64,000 nucleotides of DNA from Eimeria praecox (lineage: Eukaryota), in assembly GCA_963920595.1 (NCBI GenBank), contig OY986950.1:5022001-5086000 (forward strand), written 5' to 3'. A program made the position numbers and the translations under genes. This document shows, one piece after another, positions 1 through 13,400 of this stretch (positions are counted from its first letter, which is position 1; each line of letters starts with the position of its first letter). The notes under the pieces are model-generated. The model saw nothing but the letters and a program-made list of their open reading frames with translations. It searched no databases and was not told the DNA's origin.

Positions 1-73
1 AGGGAAGAAGCTTGTGCATGATGGCTTGTGTTGGGCGGTTCCGTTTGCGGTGCAGGAGGTGGGTGGATATAGA

Positions 74-103
74 GGGGGCTTGTGGGAGGCTGGGAGTCAT
101 GGG
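74..103 (+). other. Canonical G-quadruplex motif in the satellite core (intact in 14 of 32 cores)
   Basis: Seen: GGGGG-cttgt-GGG-aggct-GGG-agtcat-GGG fits G3+N1-7 x4. It is broken in cores with the tgtgAgaggc allele or the 111-bp deletion. Folding is not demonstrated. Confidence 0.55.
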
Positions 104-3100
104 ACGGTAGAGACGTAGACGAGACGCGAAGGGCTGCTCACCATCGTGCTTGCGTACCTAGAATCGATGCACTGCCTCCATCACATATTCGCTCATATGA
201 TGGACTGTGTGTATCAACCATTCGCAAAGGAGATCAACTCTCTCCATCACGCATTTGTCCTGCACATTGGAAGTCTCGGATGTGTGCTGCTAAAAGCTAT
301 TTCCTATTTCCTGTCTGCATTGGGCTTCTGAGCAATATGCCTCATCCCATTAAAGGTTTCGTTTTTGAGGATTCGTGTTGTGGCATAGAGTAGGCTATGG
401 TGGGTGGCTCATAATGCTTTTACATTTGCTGTTGTTTGCATGCGCGGGGTAAGGCCCCGTAGACAAGATTGGTTGGAGGCTGGGTTGTAGTGGGTGATCT
501 GCTAGTCTGTGGGAGTACGTGCCAGTCTATGGGTGGGGAGAAGGAGCAGCATAGAGGCGACAAACCGCAAGAAGAGTTGATATCCAGGCGTGTGTTTGGG
601 GATTAACTTGGTACTACAGGCAGTGCGTGGATAGCTGGGACTATGGCACGCTTGGAGGTGTTGGAATGTGAGCGTGCTAATGACGACCACAGATTGATGC
701 ATAGGATCAACTGTGTGCGTCAGACGCTTTTTATTAGATCCGGCCGTTAGTCGCCGGTTCTGGTTGTGGACCACTGTTTCTTCATTTTGCACAGGTCCTC
801 TTAGCAGTATGCGTTTTGCTTGTAGAGGTTGGTTATTGCGTGTTTGCATTGAGGTGTGGAGTTGGCTACGGGTGATGTGCCTTTGGCCGTTGACGTTTGT
901 AGATATCCGTGTGCATGCATGTATGCCCACTAGACGGGGTTGCTTGAAATCGCGAGTCTATTGGCAGGCGTGTGGAAGTGGTTGCGGGCCTATGGGTGGG
1001 GGGGGACGAGGACGAGCACGGATGCCAATGAGGGAAGAAGCTTGTGCATGATGGCTTGTGTTGGGCGGTTCCTTTTGCGGCGCAGGTTGTGGGTGGATAT
1101 AGAGGGGGCTTGTGAGAGGCTGGGAGTCATGGGACGGTAGAAGCGTAAACGAGACGCGAAGGGCTGCTCACCATCGTGCTTGCGTACCTAGAATCGATGC
1201 ACTGCCTCCATCACATATTCGCTCATATGATGGACTGTGTGTATCAACCATTCGCAAAGGAGATCAACTCTCTCCATCACGCATTTGTCCTGCACATTGG
1301 AAGTCTCGGATGTGTGCTGGCAAACGCTATTTCCTGTCTGCATTGGGCTTCTGAGCAGTATGCCTCATCCCATTACAGGTTTCGTTTTCGAGCATTCGTG
1401 TTGTGGAATAGCCTTGCTCAGGCAGGGTAGCGCATTAAGGTTCGACGTTTGTGGCTGTCTGTATGCGCTCGGGAAGGCCGCCGGGACAGGCGTTCTTGGA
1501 TGATCGACAGTGCTGTCTGGTGTGTTGTAGTGGCTGCGGGCCTATTTGTGGGGGGGACGAGGACGAGCACGGATGCCAAAGAGGGAAGAAGCTTGTGCAT
1601 GATGGCTTGTGTTGGGCGGTTCCTTTTGCGGCGCAGGTTGTGGGTGGATATAGAGGGGGCTTGTGAGAGGCTGGGAGTCATGGGACGGTAGAGGGGTAAA
1701 CGAGACGCGAAGGGCTGCTCACCATCGTGCTTGCGTACCTAGAATCGATGCACTGCCTCCATCACATATTCGCTCATATGATGGACTGTGTGTATCAACC
1801 ATTCGCGAAGGAGATCAACTCTCTCCATCACGCATTTGTCCTGCACATTGGAAGTCTCGGATGTGTGCTGTTAAAAGCTATTTCCTATTTCCTGTCTGCA
1901 TTGGGCTTCTGAGCAATATGCCTCATCCCATTACAGGTTTCGTTTTTGAGGATTCGTGTTGTGGAACAGCCTTGCTCAGGCAGGGTAGCTCATTAAGGTT
2001 CGACGTTTGTGGCTGTCTGTATGCGCTCGGGAAGGCCGCCGGGACAGGCGTTCTTGGATGATCGACAGTGCTGTCTGGTGTGTGTTAGTGGCTGCGGGCC
2101 TATTTGTGGGGGGGAAGAGGACGAGCACGGATGCCAATGAGGGAAGAAGCTTGTGCATGATGGCTTGTGTTGGGCGGTTCCGTTTGCGGTGCAGGAGGTG
2201 GGTGGATATAGAGGGGGCTTGTGGGAGGCTGGGAGTCATGGGACGGTAGAGGGGTAAACGAGACGCGACGGGCTGCTCACCATCGTGCTTGCGTACCTAG
2301 AATCGATGCACTGCCTCCATCACATATTCGCTCATATGATGGACTGTGTGTATCAACCATTCGCGAAGGAGATCAACTCTCTCCATCACGCATTTGTCCT
2401 GCACATTGGAGGTCTCGGATGTGTGCTGCTAAAAGCTATTTCCTATTTCCTGTCTGCATTGGGCTTCTGAGCAATATGCCTCATCCCATTACAGGTTTCG
2501 TTTTTGAGGATTCGTCTTGCGGCTTAGGGGTGGCTACGCTGGGTGGCTCATAATGCTTTTACATTTGCGGTTGTTTGCATGCGCGGGGTAAGGCCCCGTA
2601 GACAAGATTGGTTGGAGGCTGGGTTGTAGTGGGTGATCTGCTAGTCTGTGGGAGTACGTGCCAGTCTATGGGTGGGGAGAAGGAGCAGCATAGAGGCGAC
2701 AAACCGCAAGAAGAGTTGATATCCAGGCGTGTGCTTGGGGATTAACTTGGTACTACAGGCAGTGCGTGGATAGCTGGGACTATGGCACGCTTGGAGGTGT
2801 TGGAATGTGAGCGTGCTAATGACGACCACAGATTGATGCATAGGATCAACTGTGTGCGTCAGACGCTTTTTATTAGATCCGGCCGTTAGTCGCCGGTTCT
2901 GGTTGTGGACCACTGTTTCTTCACTTTGCACAGGTCCTCTTAGCAGTATGCGTTTTGCTTGTAGAGGTTGGTTATTGCGTGTTTGCATTGAGGTGTGGAG
3001 TTGGCTACGGGTGATGTGCCTTTGGCCGTTGACGCTTGTAGATATCCGTGTGCATGCATGTATGCCCGCTAGACGGGGTTGCTTGAAATCGCGAGTCTAT

Positions 3101-6100
3101 TGGCAGGCGTGTGGAAGTGGTTGCGGGCCTATGGGTGGGGGGGGACGAGGACGAGCACGGATGCCAAAGAGGGGAGAAGCTTGTGCATGATGGCTTGTGT
3201 TGGGCGGTTCCTTTTGCGGCGCAGGTTGTGGGTGGATATAGAGGGGGCTTGTGGGAGGCTGGGAGTCATGGGACGGTAGAGGCGTAGACGAGACGCGAAG
3301 GGCTGCTCACCATCGTGCTTGCGTACCTAGAATCGATGCACTGCCTCCATCACATATTCGCTCATATGATGGACTGTGTGTATCAACCATTCGCGAAGGA
3401 GATCAACTCCTTCCATCACGCATTTGTCCTGCACATTGGAAGTCTCGGATGTGTGCTGGCAAACGCTATTTCCTGTCTGCATTGGGCTTCTGAGCAGTAT
3501 GCCTCATCCCATTACAGGTTTCGTTTTCGAGCATTCGTGTTGTGGAATAGCTTTGCTCAAGCAGGGTAGCTCATTAAGGTTCGACGTTTGTGGCTGTCTG
3601 TATGCGCTCGGGAAGGCCGCCGGGACAGGCGTTCTTGGATGATCGACAGTGCTGTCTGGTGTGTGGTAGTGGCTGCGGGCCTATTTGTGGGGGGGACGAG
3701 GACGAGCACGGATGCCAATGAGGGAAGAAGCTTGTGCATGATGGCTTGTGTTGGGCGGTTCCGTTTGCGGTGCAGGAGGTGGGTGGATATAGAGGGGGCT
3801 TGTGAGAGGCTGGGAGTCATGGGACGGTAGAGGCGTAAACGAGACGCTAAGGGCTGCTCACCATGGTGCTTGCGTACCTAGAATCGATGCACTGCCTCCA
3901 TCACATGTTCGCGCATATGATGGACTGTGTGTATCAACCATTCGCGAAGGAGATCAACTCTCTCCATCACGCATTTGTCCTGCACATTGGAAGTCTCGGA
4001 TGTGTGCTGCTAAAAGCTATTTCCTATTTCCTGTCTGCATTGGGCTTCTGAGCAATATGCCTCATCCCATTAAAGGTTTCGTTTTTGAGGATTCGTGTTG
4101 TGGCATAGAGTAGGCTATGGTGGGTGGCTCATAATGCTTTTACATTTGCGGTTGTTTGCATGCGCGGGGTAAGGCCCCGTAGACAAGATTGGTTGGAGGC
4201 TGGGTTGTAGTGGGTGATCTGCTAGTCTGTGTGAGTACGTGCCAGTCTATGGGTGGGGAGAAGGAGCAGCATAGAGGCGACAAACCGCAAGAAGAGTTGA
4301 TATCCAGGCGTGTGCTTGGGGATTAACTTGGTACTACAGGCAGTGCGTGGATAGCTGGGACTCTGGCACGCTTGGAGGTGTTGGAATGTGAGCGTGCTAA
4401 TGACGACCACAGATTGATGCATAGGATCAACTGTGTGCGTCAGACGCTTTTTATTAGATCCGGCCGTTAGTCGCCGGTTCTGGTTGTGGACCACTGTTTC
4501 TTCATTTTGCACAGGTCCTCTTAGCAGTATGCGTTTTGCTTGTAGAGGTTGGTTATTGCGTGTTTGCATTGAGGTGTGGAGTTGGCTACGGGTGATGTGC
4601 CTTTGGCCGTTGACGCTTGTAGATATCCGTGTGCATGCATGTATGCCCGCTAGACGGGGTTGCTTGAAATCGCGAGTCTATTGGCAGGCGTGTGGAAGTG
4701 GTTGCGGGCCTATGGGTGGGGGGGGACGAGGACGAGCACGGATGCCAATGAGGGGAGAAGCTTGTGCATGATGGCTTGTGTTGGGCGGTTCCGTTTGCGG
4801 TGCAGGAGGTGGGTGGATATAGAGGGGGCTTGTGGGAGGCTGGGAGTCATGGGACGGTAGAGACGTAGACGAGACGCGAAGGGCTGCTCACCATCGTGCT
4901 TGCGTACCTAGAATCGATGCACTGCCTCCATCACATATTCGCTCATATGATGGACTGTGTGTATCAACCATTCGCAAAGGAGATCAACTCTCTCCATCAC
5001 GCATTTGTCCTGCACATTGGAAGTCTCGGATGTGTGCTGGCAAACGCTATTTCCTGTCTGCATTGGGCTTCTGAGCAGTATGCCTCATCCCATTACAGGT
5101 TTCGTTTTCGAGCATTCGTGTTGTGGAATAGCTTTGCTCAAGCAGGGTAGCTCATTAAGGTTCGACGTTTGTGGCTGTCTGTATGCGCTCGGGAAGGCCG
5201 CCGGGACAGGCGTTCTTGGATGATCGACAGTGCTGTCTGGTGTGTGGTAGTGGCTGCGGGCCTATTTGTGGGGGGGAAGAGGACGAGCACGGATGCCAAT
5301 GAGGGGAGAAGCTTGTGCATGATGGCTTGTGTTGGGCGGTTCCGTTTGCGGTGCAGGAGGTGGGCGGATATAGAGGGGGCTTGTGGGAGGCTGGGAGTCA
5401 TGGGACGGTAGAGACGTAGACGAGACGCGAAGGGCTGCTCACCATCGTGCTTGCGTACCTAGAATCGATGCACTGCCTCCATCACATATTCGCTCATATG
5501 ATGGACTGTGTGTATCAACCATTCGCGAAGGAGATCAACTCTCTCCATCACGCATTTGTCCTGCACATTGGAAGTCTCGGATGTGTGCTGGCAAACGCTA
5601 TTTCCTGTCTGCATTGGGCTTCTGAGCAGTATGCCTCATCCCATTACAGGTTTCGTTTTCGAGCATTCGTGTTGTGGAATAGCTTTGCTCAAGCAGGGTA
5701 GCTCATTAAGGTTCGACGTTTGTGGCTGTCTGTATGCGCTCGGGAAGGCCGCCGGGACAGCCGTTCTTGGATGATCGACAGTGCTGTCTGGTGTGTGGTA
5801 GTGGCTGCGGGCCTATTTGTGGGGGGGACGAGGACGAGCACGGATGCCAAAGAGGGAAGAAGCTTGTGCATGATGGCTTGTGTTGGGCGGTTCCGTTTGC
5901 GGTGCAGGTTGTGGGTGGATATAGAGGGGGCTTGTGGGAGGCTGGGAGTCATGGGACGGTAGAGGGGTAGACGAGACGCGACGGGCTGCTCACCATCGTG
6001 CTTGCGTACCTAGAATCGATGCACTGCCTCCATCACATGTTCGCGCATATGATGGGCTGTGTGTATCACCCACTCGTGAAGGAGATCAACTCTCTCCATC

Positions 6101-7407
6101 ACGCATTTGTCCTGCACATTGGAAGTCTCGGATGTGTGCTGCTAAAAGCTATTTCCTATTTCCTGTCTGCATTGGGCTTCTGAGCAGCATGCCTCATCCC
6201 ATTACAGGTTTCGTTTTTGAGGATTCGTGTTGTGGCATAGAGTAGGCTATGGTGGGTGGCTCATAATGCTTTTACATTTGCGGTTGTTTGCATGCGCGGG
6301 GTAAGGCCCCGTAGACAAGATTGGTTGGAGGCTGGGTTGTAGTGGGTGATCTGCTAGTCTGTGTGAGTACGTGCCAGTCTATGGGTGGGGAGAAGGAGCA
6401 GCATAGAGGCGACAAACCGCAAGAAGAGTTGATATCCAGGCGTGTGTTTGGGGATTAACTTGGTACTACAGGCAGTGCGTGGATAGCTGGGACTCTGGCA
6501 CGCTTGGAGGTGTTGGAATGTGAGCGTGCTAATGACGACCACAGATTGATGCATAGGATCAACTGTGTGCGTCAGACGCTTTTTATTAGATCCGGCCGTT
6601 AGTCGCCGGTTCTGGTTGTGGACCACTGTTTCTTCATTTTGCACAGGTCCTCTTAGCAGTATGCGTTTTGCTTGTAGAGGTTGGTTATTGCGTGTTTGCA
6701 TTGAGGTGTGGAGTTGGCTACGGGTGATGTGCCTTTGGCCGTTGACGCTTGTAGATATCCGTGTGCATGCATGTATGCCCGCTAGACGGGGTTGCTTGAA
6801 ATCGCGAGTCTATTGGCAGGCGTGTGGAAGTGGTTGCGGGCCTATGGGTGGGGGGGGACGAGGACGAGCACGGATGCCAATGAGGGGAGAAGCTTGTGCA
6901 TGATGGCTTGTGTTGGGCGGTTCCTTTTGCGGCGCAGGTTGTGGGTGGATATAGAGGGGGCTTGTGGGAGGCTGGGAGTCATGGGACGGTAGAGGCGTAG
7001 ACGAGACGCGAAGGGCTGCTCACCATCGTGCTTGCGTACCTAGAATCGATGCACTGCCTCCATCACATATTCGCTCATATGATGGACTGTGTGTATCAAC
7101 CATTCGCGAAGGAGATCAACTCCTTCCATCACGCATTTGTCCTGCACATTGGAAGTCTCGGATGTGTGCTGGCAAGCGCTATTTCCTGTCTGCATTGGGC
7201 TTCTGAGCAGTATGCCTCATCCCATTACAGGTTTCGTTTTCGAGCATTCGTGTTGTGGAATAGCTTTGCTCAAGCAGGGTAGCTCATTAAGGTTCGACGT
7301 TTGTGGCTGTCTGTATGCGCTCGGGAAGGCCGCCGGGACAGGCGTTCTTGGATGATCGACAGTGCTGTCTGGTGTGTGGTAGTGGCTGCGGGCCTATTTG
7401 TGGGGGG

Positions 7408-10400
7408 GAAGAGGACGAGCACGGATGCCAATGAGGGAAGAAGCTTGTGCATGATGGCTTGTGTTGGGCGGTTCCGTTTGCGGTGCAGGAGGTGGGTGGA
7501 TATAGAGGGGGCTTGTGAGAGGCTGGGAGTCATGGGACGGTAGAGGCGTAAACGAGACGCTAAGGGCTGCTCACCATCGTGCTTGCGTACCTAGAATCGA
7601 TGCACTGCCTCCATCACATGTTCGCGCATATGATGGACTGTGTGTATCAACCATTCGCGAAGGAGATCAACTCTCTCCATCACGCATTTGTCCTGCACAT
7701 TGGAAGTCTCGGATGTGTGCTGCTAAAAGCTATTTCCTATTTCCTGTCTGCATTGGCCTTCTGAGCAATATGCCTCATCCCATTAAAGGTTTCGTTTTTG
7801 AGGATTCGTGTTGTGGCATAGAGTAGGCTATGGTGGGTGGCTCATAATGCTTTTACATTTGCGGTTGTTTGCATGCGCGGGGTAAGGCCCCGTAGACAAG
7901 ATTGGTTGGAGGCTGGGTTGTAGTGGGTGATCTGCTAGTCTGTGGGAGTACGTGCCAGTCTATGGGTGGGGAGAAGGAGCAGCATAGAGGCGACAAACCG
8001 CAAGAAGAGTTGATATCCAGGCGTGTGTTTGGGGATTAACTTGGTACTACAGGCAGTGCGTGGATAGCTGGGACTATGGCACGCTTGGAGGTGTTGGAAT
8101 GTGAGCGTGCTAATGACGACCACAGATTGATGCATAGGATCAACTGTGTGCGTCAGACGCTTTTTATTAGATCCGGCCGTTAGTCGCCGGTTCTGGTTGT
8201 GGACCACTGTTTCTTCATTTTGCACAGGTCCTCTTAGCAGTATGCGTTTTGCTTGTAGAGGTTGGTTATTGCGTGTTTGCATTGAGGTGTGGAGTTGGCT
8301 ACGGGTGATGTGCCTTTGGCCGTTGACGCTTGTAGATATCCGTGTGCATGCATGTATGCCCGCTAGACGGGGTTGCTTGAAATCGCGAGTCTATTGGCAG
8401 GCGTGTGGAAGTGGTTGCGGGCCTATGGGTGGGGGGGGACGAGGACGAGCACGGATGCCAATGAGGGGAGAAGCTTGTGCATGATGGCTTGTGTTGGGCG
8501 GTTCCTTTTGCGGCGCAGGTTGTGGGTGGATATAGAGGGGGCTTGTGAGAGGCTGGGAGTCATGGGACGGTAGAAGCGTAAACGAGACGCTAAGGGCTGC
8601 TCACCATCGTGCTTGCGTACCTAGAATCGATGCACTGCCTCCATCACATATTCGCTCATATGATGGACTGTGTGTATCAACCATTCGCAAAGGAGATCAA
8701 CTCTCTCCATCACGCATTTGTCCTGCACATTGGAAGTCTCGGATGTGTGCTGGCAAACGCTATTTCCTGTCTGCATTGGGCTTCTGAGCAGTATGCCTCA
8801 TCCCATTACAGGTTTCGTTTTCGAGCATTCGTGTTGTGGAATAGCTTTGCTCAAGCAGGGTAGCTCATTAAGGTTCGACGTTTGTGGCTGTCTGTATGCG
8901 CTCGGGAAGGCCGCCGGGACAGGCGTTCTTGGATGATCGACAGTGCTGTCTGGTGTGTGGTAGTGGCTGCGGGCCTATTTGTGGGGGGGACGAGGACGAG
9001 CACGGATGCCAATGAGGGAAGAAGCTTGTGCATGATGGCTTGTGTTGGGCGGTTCCGTTTGCGGTGCAGGAGGTGGGTGGATATAGAGGGGGCTTGTGAG
9101 AGGCTGGGAGTCATGGGACGGTAGAGGCGTAAACGAGACGCTAAGGGCTGCTCACCATGGTGCTTGCGTACCTAGAATCGATGCACTGCCTCCATCACAT
9201 GTTCGCGCATATGATGGACTGTGTGTATCAACCATTCGCGAAGGAGATCAACTCTCTCCATCACGCATTTGTCCTGCACATTGGAAGTCTCGGATGTGTG
9301 CTGCTAAAAGCTATTTCCTATTTCCTGTCTGCATTGGAAGCCTCGGATGTGTGCTGCTAAAAGCTATTTCCTATTTCCTGTCTGCATTGGGCTTCTGAGC
9401 AATATGCCTCATCCCATTACAGGTTTCGTTTTCGAGCATTCATGTTGTGGAATAGCCTTGCTCAGGCAGGGTAGCGCATTAAGGTTCGACGTTTGTGGCT
9501 GTCTGTATGCGCTCGGGAAGGCCGCCGGGACAGGCGTTCTTGGATGATCGACAGTGCTGTCTGGTGTGTGTTAGTGGCTGCGGGCCTATTTGTGGGGGGG
9601 AAGAGGACGAGCACGGATGCCAATGAGGGAAGAAGCTTGTGCATGATGGCTTGTGTTGGGCGGTTCCGTTTGCGGTGCAGGAGGTGGGTGGATATAGAGG
9701 GGGCTTGTGGGAGGCTGGGAGTCATGGGACGGTAGAGACGTAGACGAGACGCGAAGGGCTGCTCACCATCGTGCTTGCGTACCTAGAATCGATGCACTGC
9801 CTCCATCACATATTCGCTCATATGATGGACTGTGTGTATCAACCATTCGCAAAGGAGATCAACTCTCTCCATCACGCATTTGTCCTGCACATTGGAAGTC
9901 TCGGATGTGTGCTGCTAAAAGCTATTTCCTATTTCCTGTCTGCATTGGGCTTCTGAGCAATATGCCTCATCCCATTAAAGGTTTCGTTTTTGAGGATTCG
10001 TGTTGTGGCATAGAGTAGGCTATGGTGGGTGGCTCATAATGCTTTTACATTTGCTGTTGTTTGCATGCGCGGGGTAAGGCCCCGTAGACAAGATTGGTTG
10101 GAGGCTGGGTTGTAGTGGGTGATCTGCTAGTCTGTGGGAGTACGTGCCAGTCTATGGGTGGGGAGAAGGAGCAGCATAGAGGCGACAAACCGCAAGAAGA
10201 GTTGATATCCAGGCGTGTGTTTGGGGATTAACTTGGTACTACAGGCAGTGCGTGGATAGCTGGGACTATGGCACGCTTGGAGGTGTTGGAATGTGAGCGT
10301 GCTAATGACGACCACAGATTGATGCATAGGATCAACTGTGTGCGTCAGACGCTTTTTATTAGATCCGGCCGTTAGTCGCCGGTTCTGGTTGTGGACCACT

Positions 10401-13400
10401 GTTTCTTCATTTTGCACAGGTCCTCTTAGCAGTATGCGTTTTGCTTGTAGAGGTTGGTTATTGCGTGTTTGCATTGAGGTGTGGAGTTGGCTACGGGTGA
10501 TGTGCCTTTGGCCGTTGACGCTTGTAGATATCCGTGTGCATGCATGTATGCCCACTAGACGGGGTTGCTTGAAATCGCGAGTCTATTGGCAGGCGTGTGG
10601 AAGTGGTTGCGGGCCTATGGGTGGGGGGGGACGAGGACGAGCACGGATGCCAATGAGGGAAGAAGCTTGTGCATGATGGCTTGTGTTGGGCGGTTCCTTT
10701 TGCGGCGCAGGTTGTGGGTGGATATAGAGGGGGCTTGTGAGAGGCTGGGAGTCATGGGACGGTAGAAGCGTAAACGAGACGCGAAGGGCTGCTCACCATC
10801 GTGCTTGCGTACCTAGAATCGATGCACTGCCTCCATCACATATTCGCTCATATGATGGACTGTGTGTATCAACCATTCGCAAAGGAGATCAACTCTCTCC
10901 ATCACGCATTTGTCCTGCACATTGGAAGTCTCGGATGTGTGCTGGCAAACGCTATTTCCTGTCTGCATTGGGCTTCTGAGCAGTATGCCTCATCCCATTA
11001 CAGGTTTCGTTTTCGAGCATTCGTGTTGTGGAATAGCCTTGCTCAGGCAGGGTAGCGCATTAAGGTTCGACGTTTGTGGCTGTCTGTATGCGCTCGGGAA
11101 GGCCGCCGGGACAGGCGTTCTTGGATGATCGACAGTGCTGTCTGGTGTGTGTTAGTGGCTGCGGGCCTATTTGTGGGGGGGAAGAGGACGAGCACGGATG
11201 CCAAAGAGGGAAGAAGCTTGTGCATGATGGCTTGTGTTGGGCGGTTCCGTTTGCGGTGCAGGAGGTGGGTGGATATAGAGGGGGCTTGTGAGAGGCTGGG
11301 AGTCATGGGACGGTAGAGGCGTAAACGAGACGCTAAGGGCTGCTCACCATGGGGCTTGCGTACCTAGAATCGATGCACTGCCTCCATCACATGTTCGCGC
11401 ATATGATGGACTGTGTGTATCAACCATTCGCGAAGGAGATCAACTCTCTCCATCACGCATTTGTCCTGCACATTGGAAGTCTCGGATGTGTGCTGCTAAA
11501 AGCTATTTCCTATTTCCTGTCTGCATTGGAAGCCTCGGATGTGTGCTGCTAAAAGCTATTTCCTATTTCCTGTCTGCATTGGGCTTCTGAGCAATATGCC
11601 TCATCCCATTACAGGTTTCGTTTTCGAGCATTCATGTTGTGGAATAGCCTTGCTCAGGCAGGGTAGCGCATTAAGGTTCGACGTTTGTGGCTGTCTGTAT
11701 GCGCTCGGGAAGGCCGCCGGGACAGGCGTTCTTGGATGATCGACAGTGCTGTCTGGTGTGTGTTAGTGGCTGCGGGCCTATTTGTGGGGGGGAAGAGGAC
11801 GAGCACGGATGCCAATGAGGGGAGAAGCTTGTGCATGATGGCTTGTGTTGGGCGGTTCCGTTTGCGGTGCAGGAGGTGGGTGGATATAGAGGGGGCTTGT
11901 GGGAGGCTGGGAGTCATGGGACGGTAGAGACGTAGACGAGACGCGAAGGGCTGCTCACCATCGTGCTTGCGTACCTAGAATCGATGCACTGCCTCCATCA
12001 CATATTCGCTCATATGATGGACTGTGTGTATCAACCATTCGCAAAGGAGATCAACTCTCTCCATCACGCATTTGTCCTGCACATTGGAAGTCTCGGATGT
12101 GTGCTGCTAAAAGCTATTTCCTATTTCCTGTCTGCATTGGGCTTCTGAGCAATATGCCTCATCCCATTACAGGTTTCGTTTTTGAGGATTCGTGTTGTGG
12201 CATAGAGTAGGCTATGGTGGGTGGCTCATAATGCTTTTACATTTGCGGTTGTTTGCATGCGCGGGGTAAGGCCCCGTAGACAAGATTGGTTGGAGGCTGG
12301 GTTGTAGTGGGTGATCTGCTAGTCTGTGTGAGTACGTGCCAGTCTATGGGTGGGGAGAAGGAGCAGCATAGAGGCGACAAACCGCAAGAAGAGTTGATAT
12401 CCAGGCGTGTGTTTGGGGATTAACTTGGTACTACAGGCAGTGCGTGGATAGCTGGGACTATGGCACGCTTGGAGGTGTTGGAATGTGAGCGTGCTAATGA
12501 CGACCACAGATTGATGCATAGGATCAACTGTGTGCGTCAGACGCTTTTTATTAGATCCGGCCGTTAGTCGCCGGTTCTGGTTGTGGACCACTGTTTCTTC
12601 ATTTTGCACAGGTCCTCTTAGCAGTATGCGTTTTGCTTGTAGAGGTTGGTTATTGCGTGTTTGCATTGAGGTGTGGAGTTGGCTACGGGTGATGTGCCTT
12701 TGGCCGTTGACGCTTGTAGATATCCGTGTGCATGCATGTATGCCCGCTAGACGGGGTTGCTTGAAATCGCGAGTCTATTGGCAGGCGTGTGGAAGTGGTT
12801 GCGGGCCTATGGGTGGGGGGGGACGAGGACGAGCACGGATGCCAATGAGGGAAGAAGCTTGTGCATGATGGCTTGTGTTGGGCGGTTCCTTTTGCGGCGC
12901 AGGTTGTGGGTGGATATAGAGGGGGCTTGTGAGAGGCTGGGAGTCATGGGACGGTAGAAGCGTAAACGAGACGCGAAGGGCTGCTCACCATCGTGCTTGC
13001 GTACCTAGAATCGATGCACTGCCTCCATCACATATTCGCTCATATGATGGACTGTGTGTATCAACCATTCGCAAAGGAGATCAACTCTCTCCATCACGCA
13101 TTTGTCCTGCACATTGGAAGTCTCGGATGTGTGCTGGCAAACGCTATTTCCTGTCTGCATTGGGCTTCTGAGCAGTATGCCTCATCCCATTACAGGTTTC
13201 GTTTTCGAGCATTCGTGTTGTGGAATAGCCTTGCTCAGGCAGGGTAGCGCATTAAGGTTCGACGTTTGTGGCTGTCTGTATGCGCTCGGGAAGGCCGCCG
13301 GGACAGGCGTTCTTGGATGATCGACAGTGCTGTCTGGTGTGTTGTAGTGGCTGCGGGCCTATTTGTGGGGGGGAAGAGGACGAGCACGAATGCCAAAGAG

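Noticed and set aside
444..460. Short hairpin gcgggg-taagg-ccccgt in each long tail as a terminator
   Set aside because: The stem is only 5-6 bp, with no U-tract and no upstream gene.
1413..1450. tRNA/SINE-like A and B boxes in the short tail (ttgctcaggcagggtagcgc...ggttcga)
   Set aside because: There is no room for an anticodon arm, the B box lacks the terminal CC, and I found no acceptor stem.
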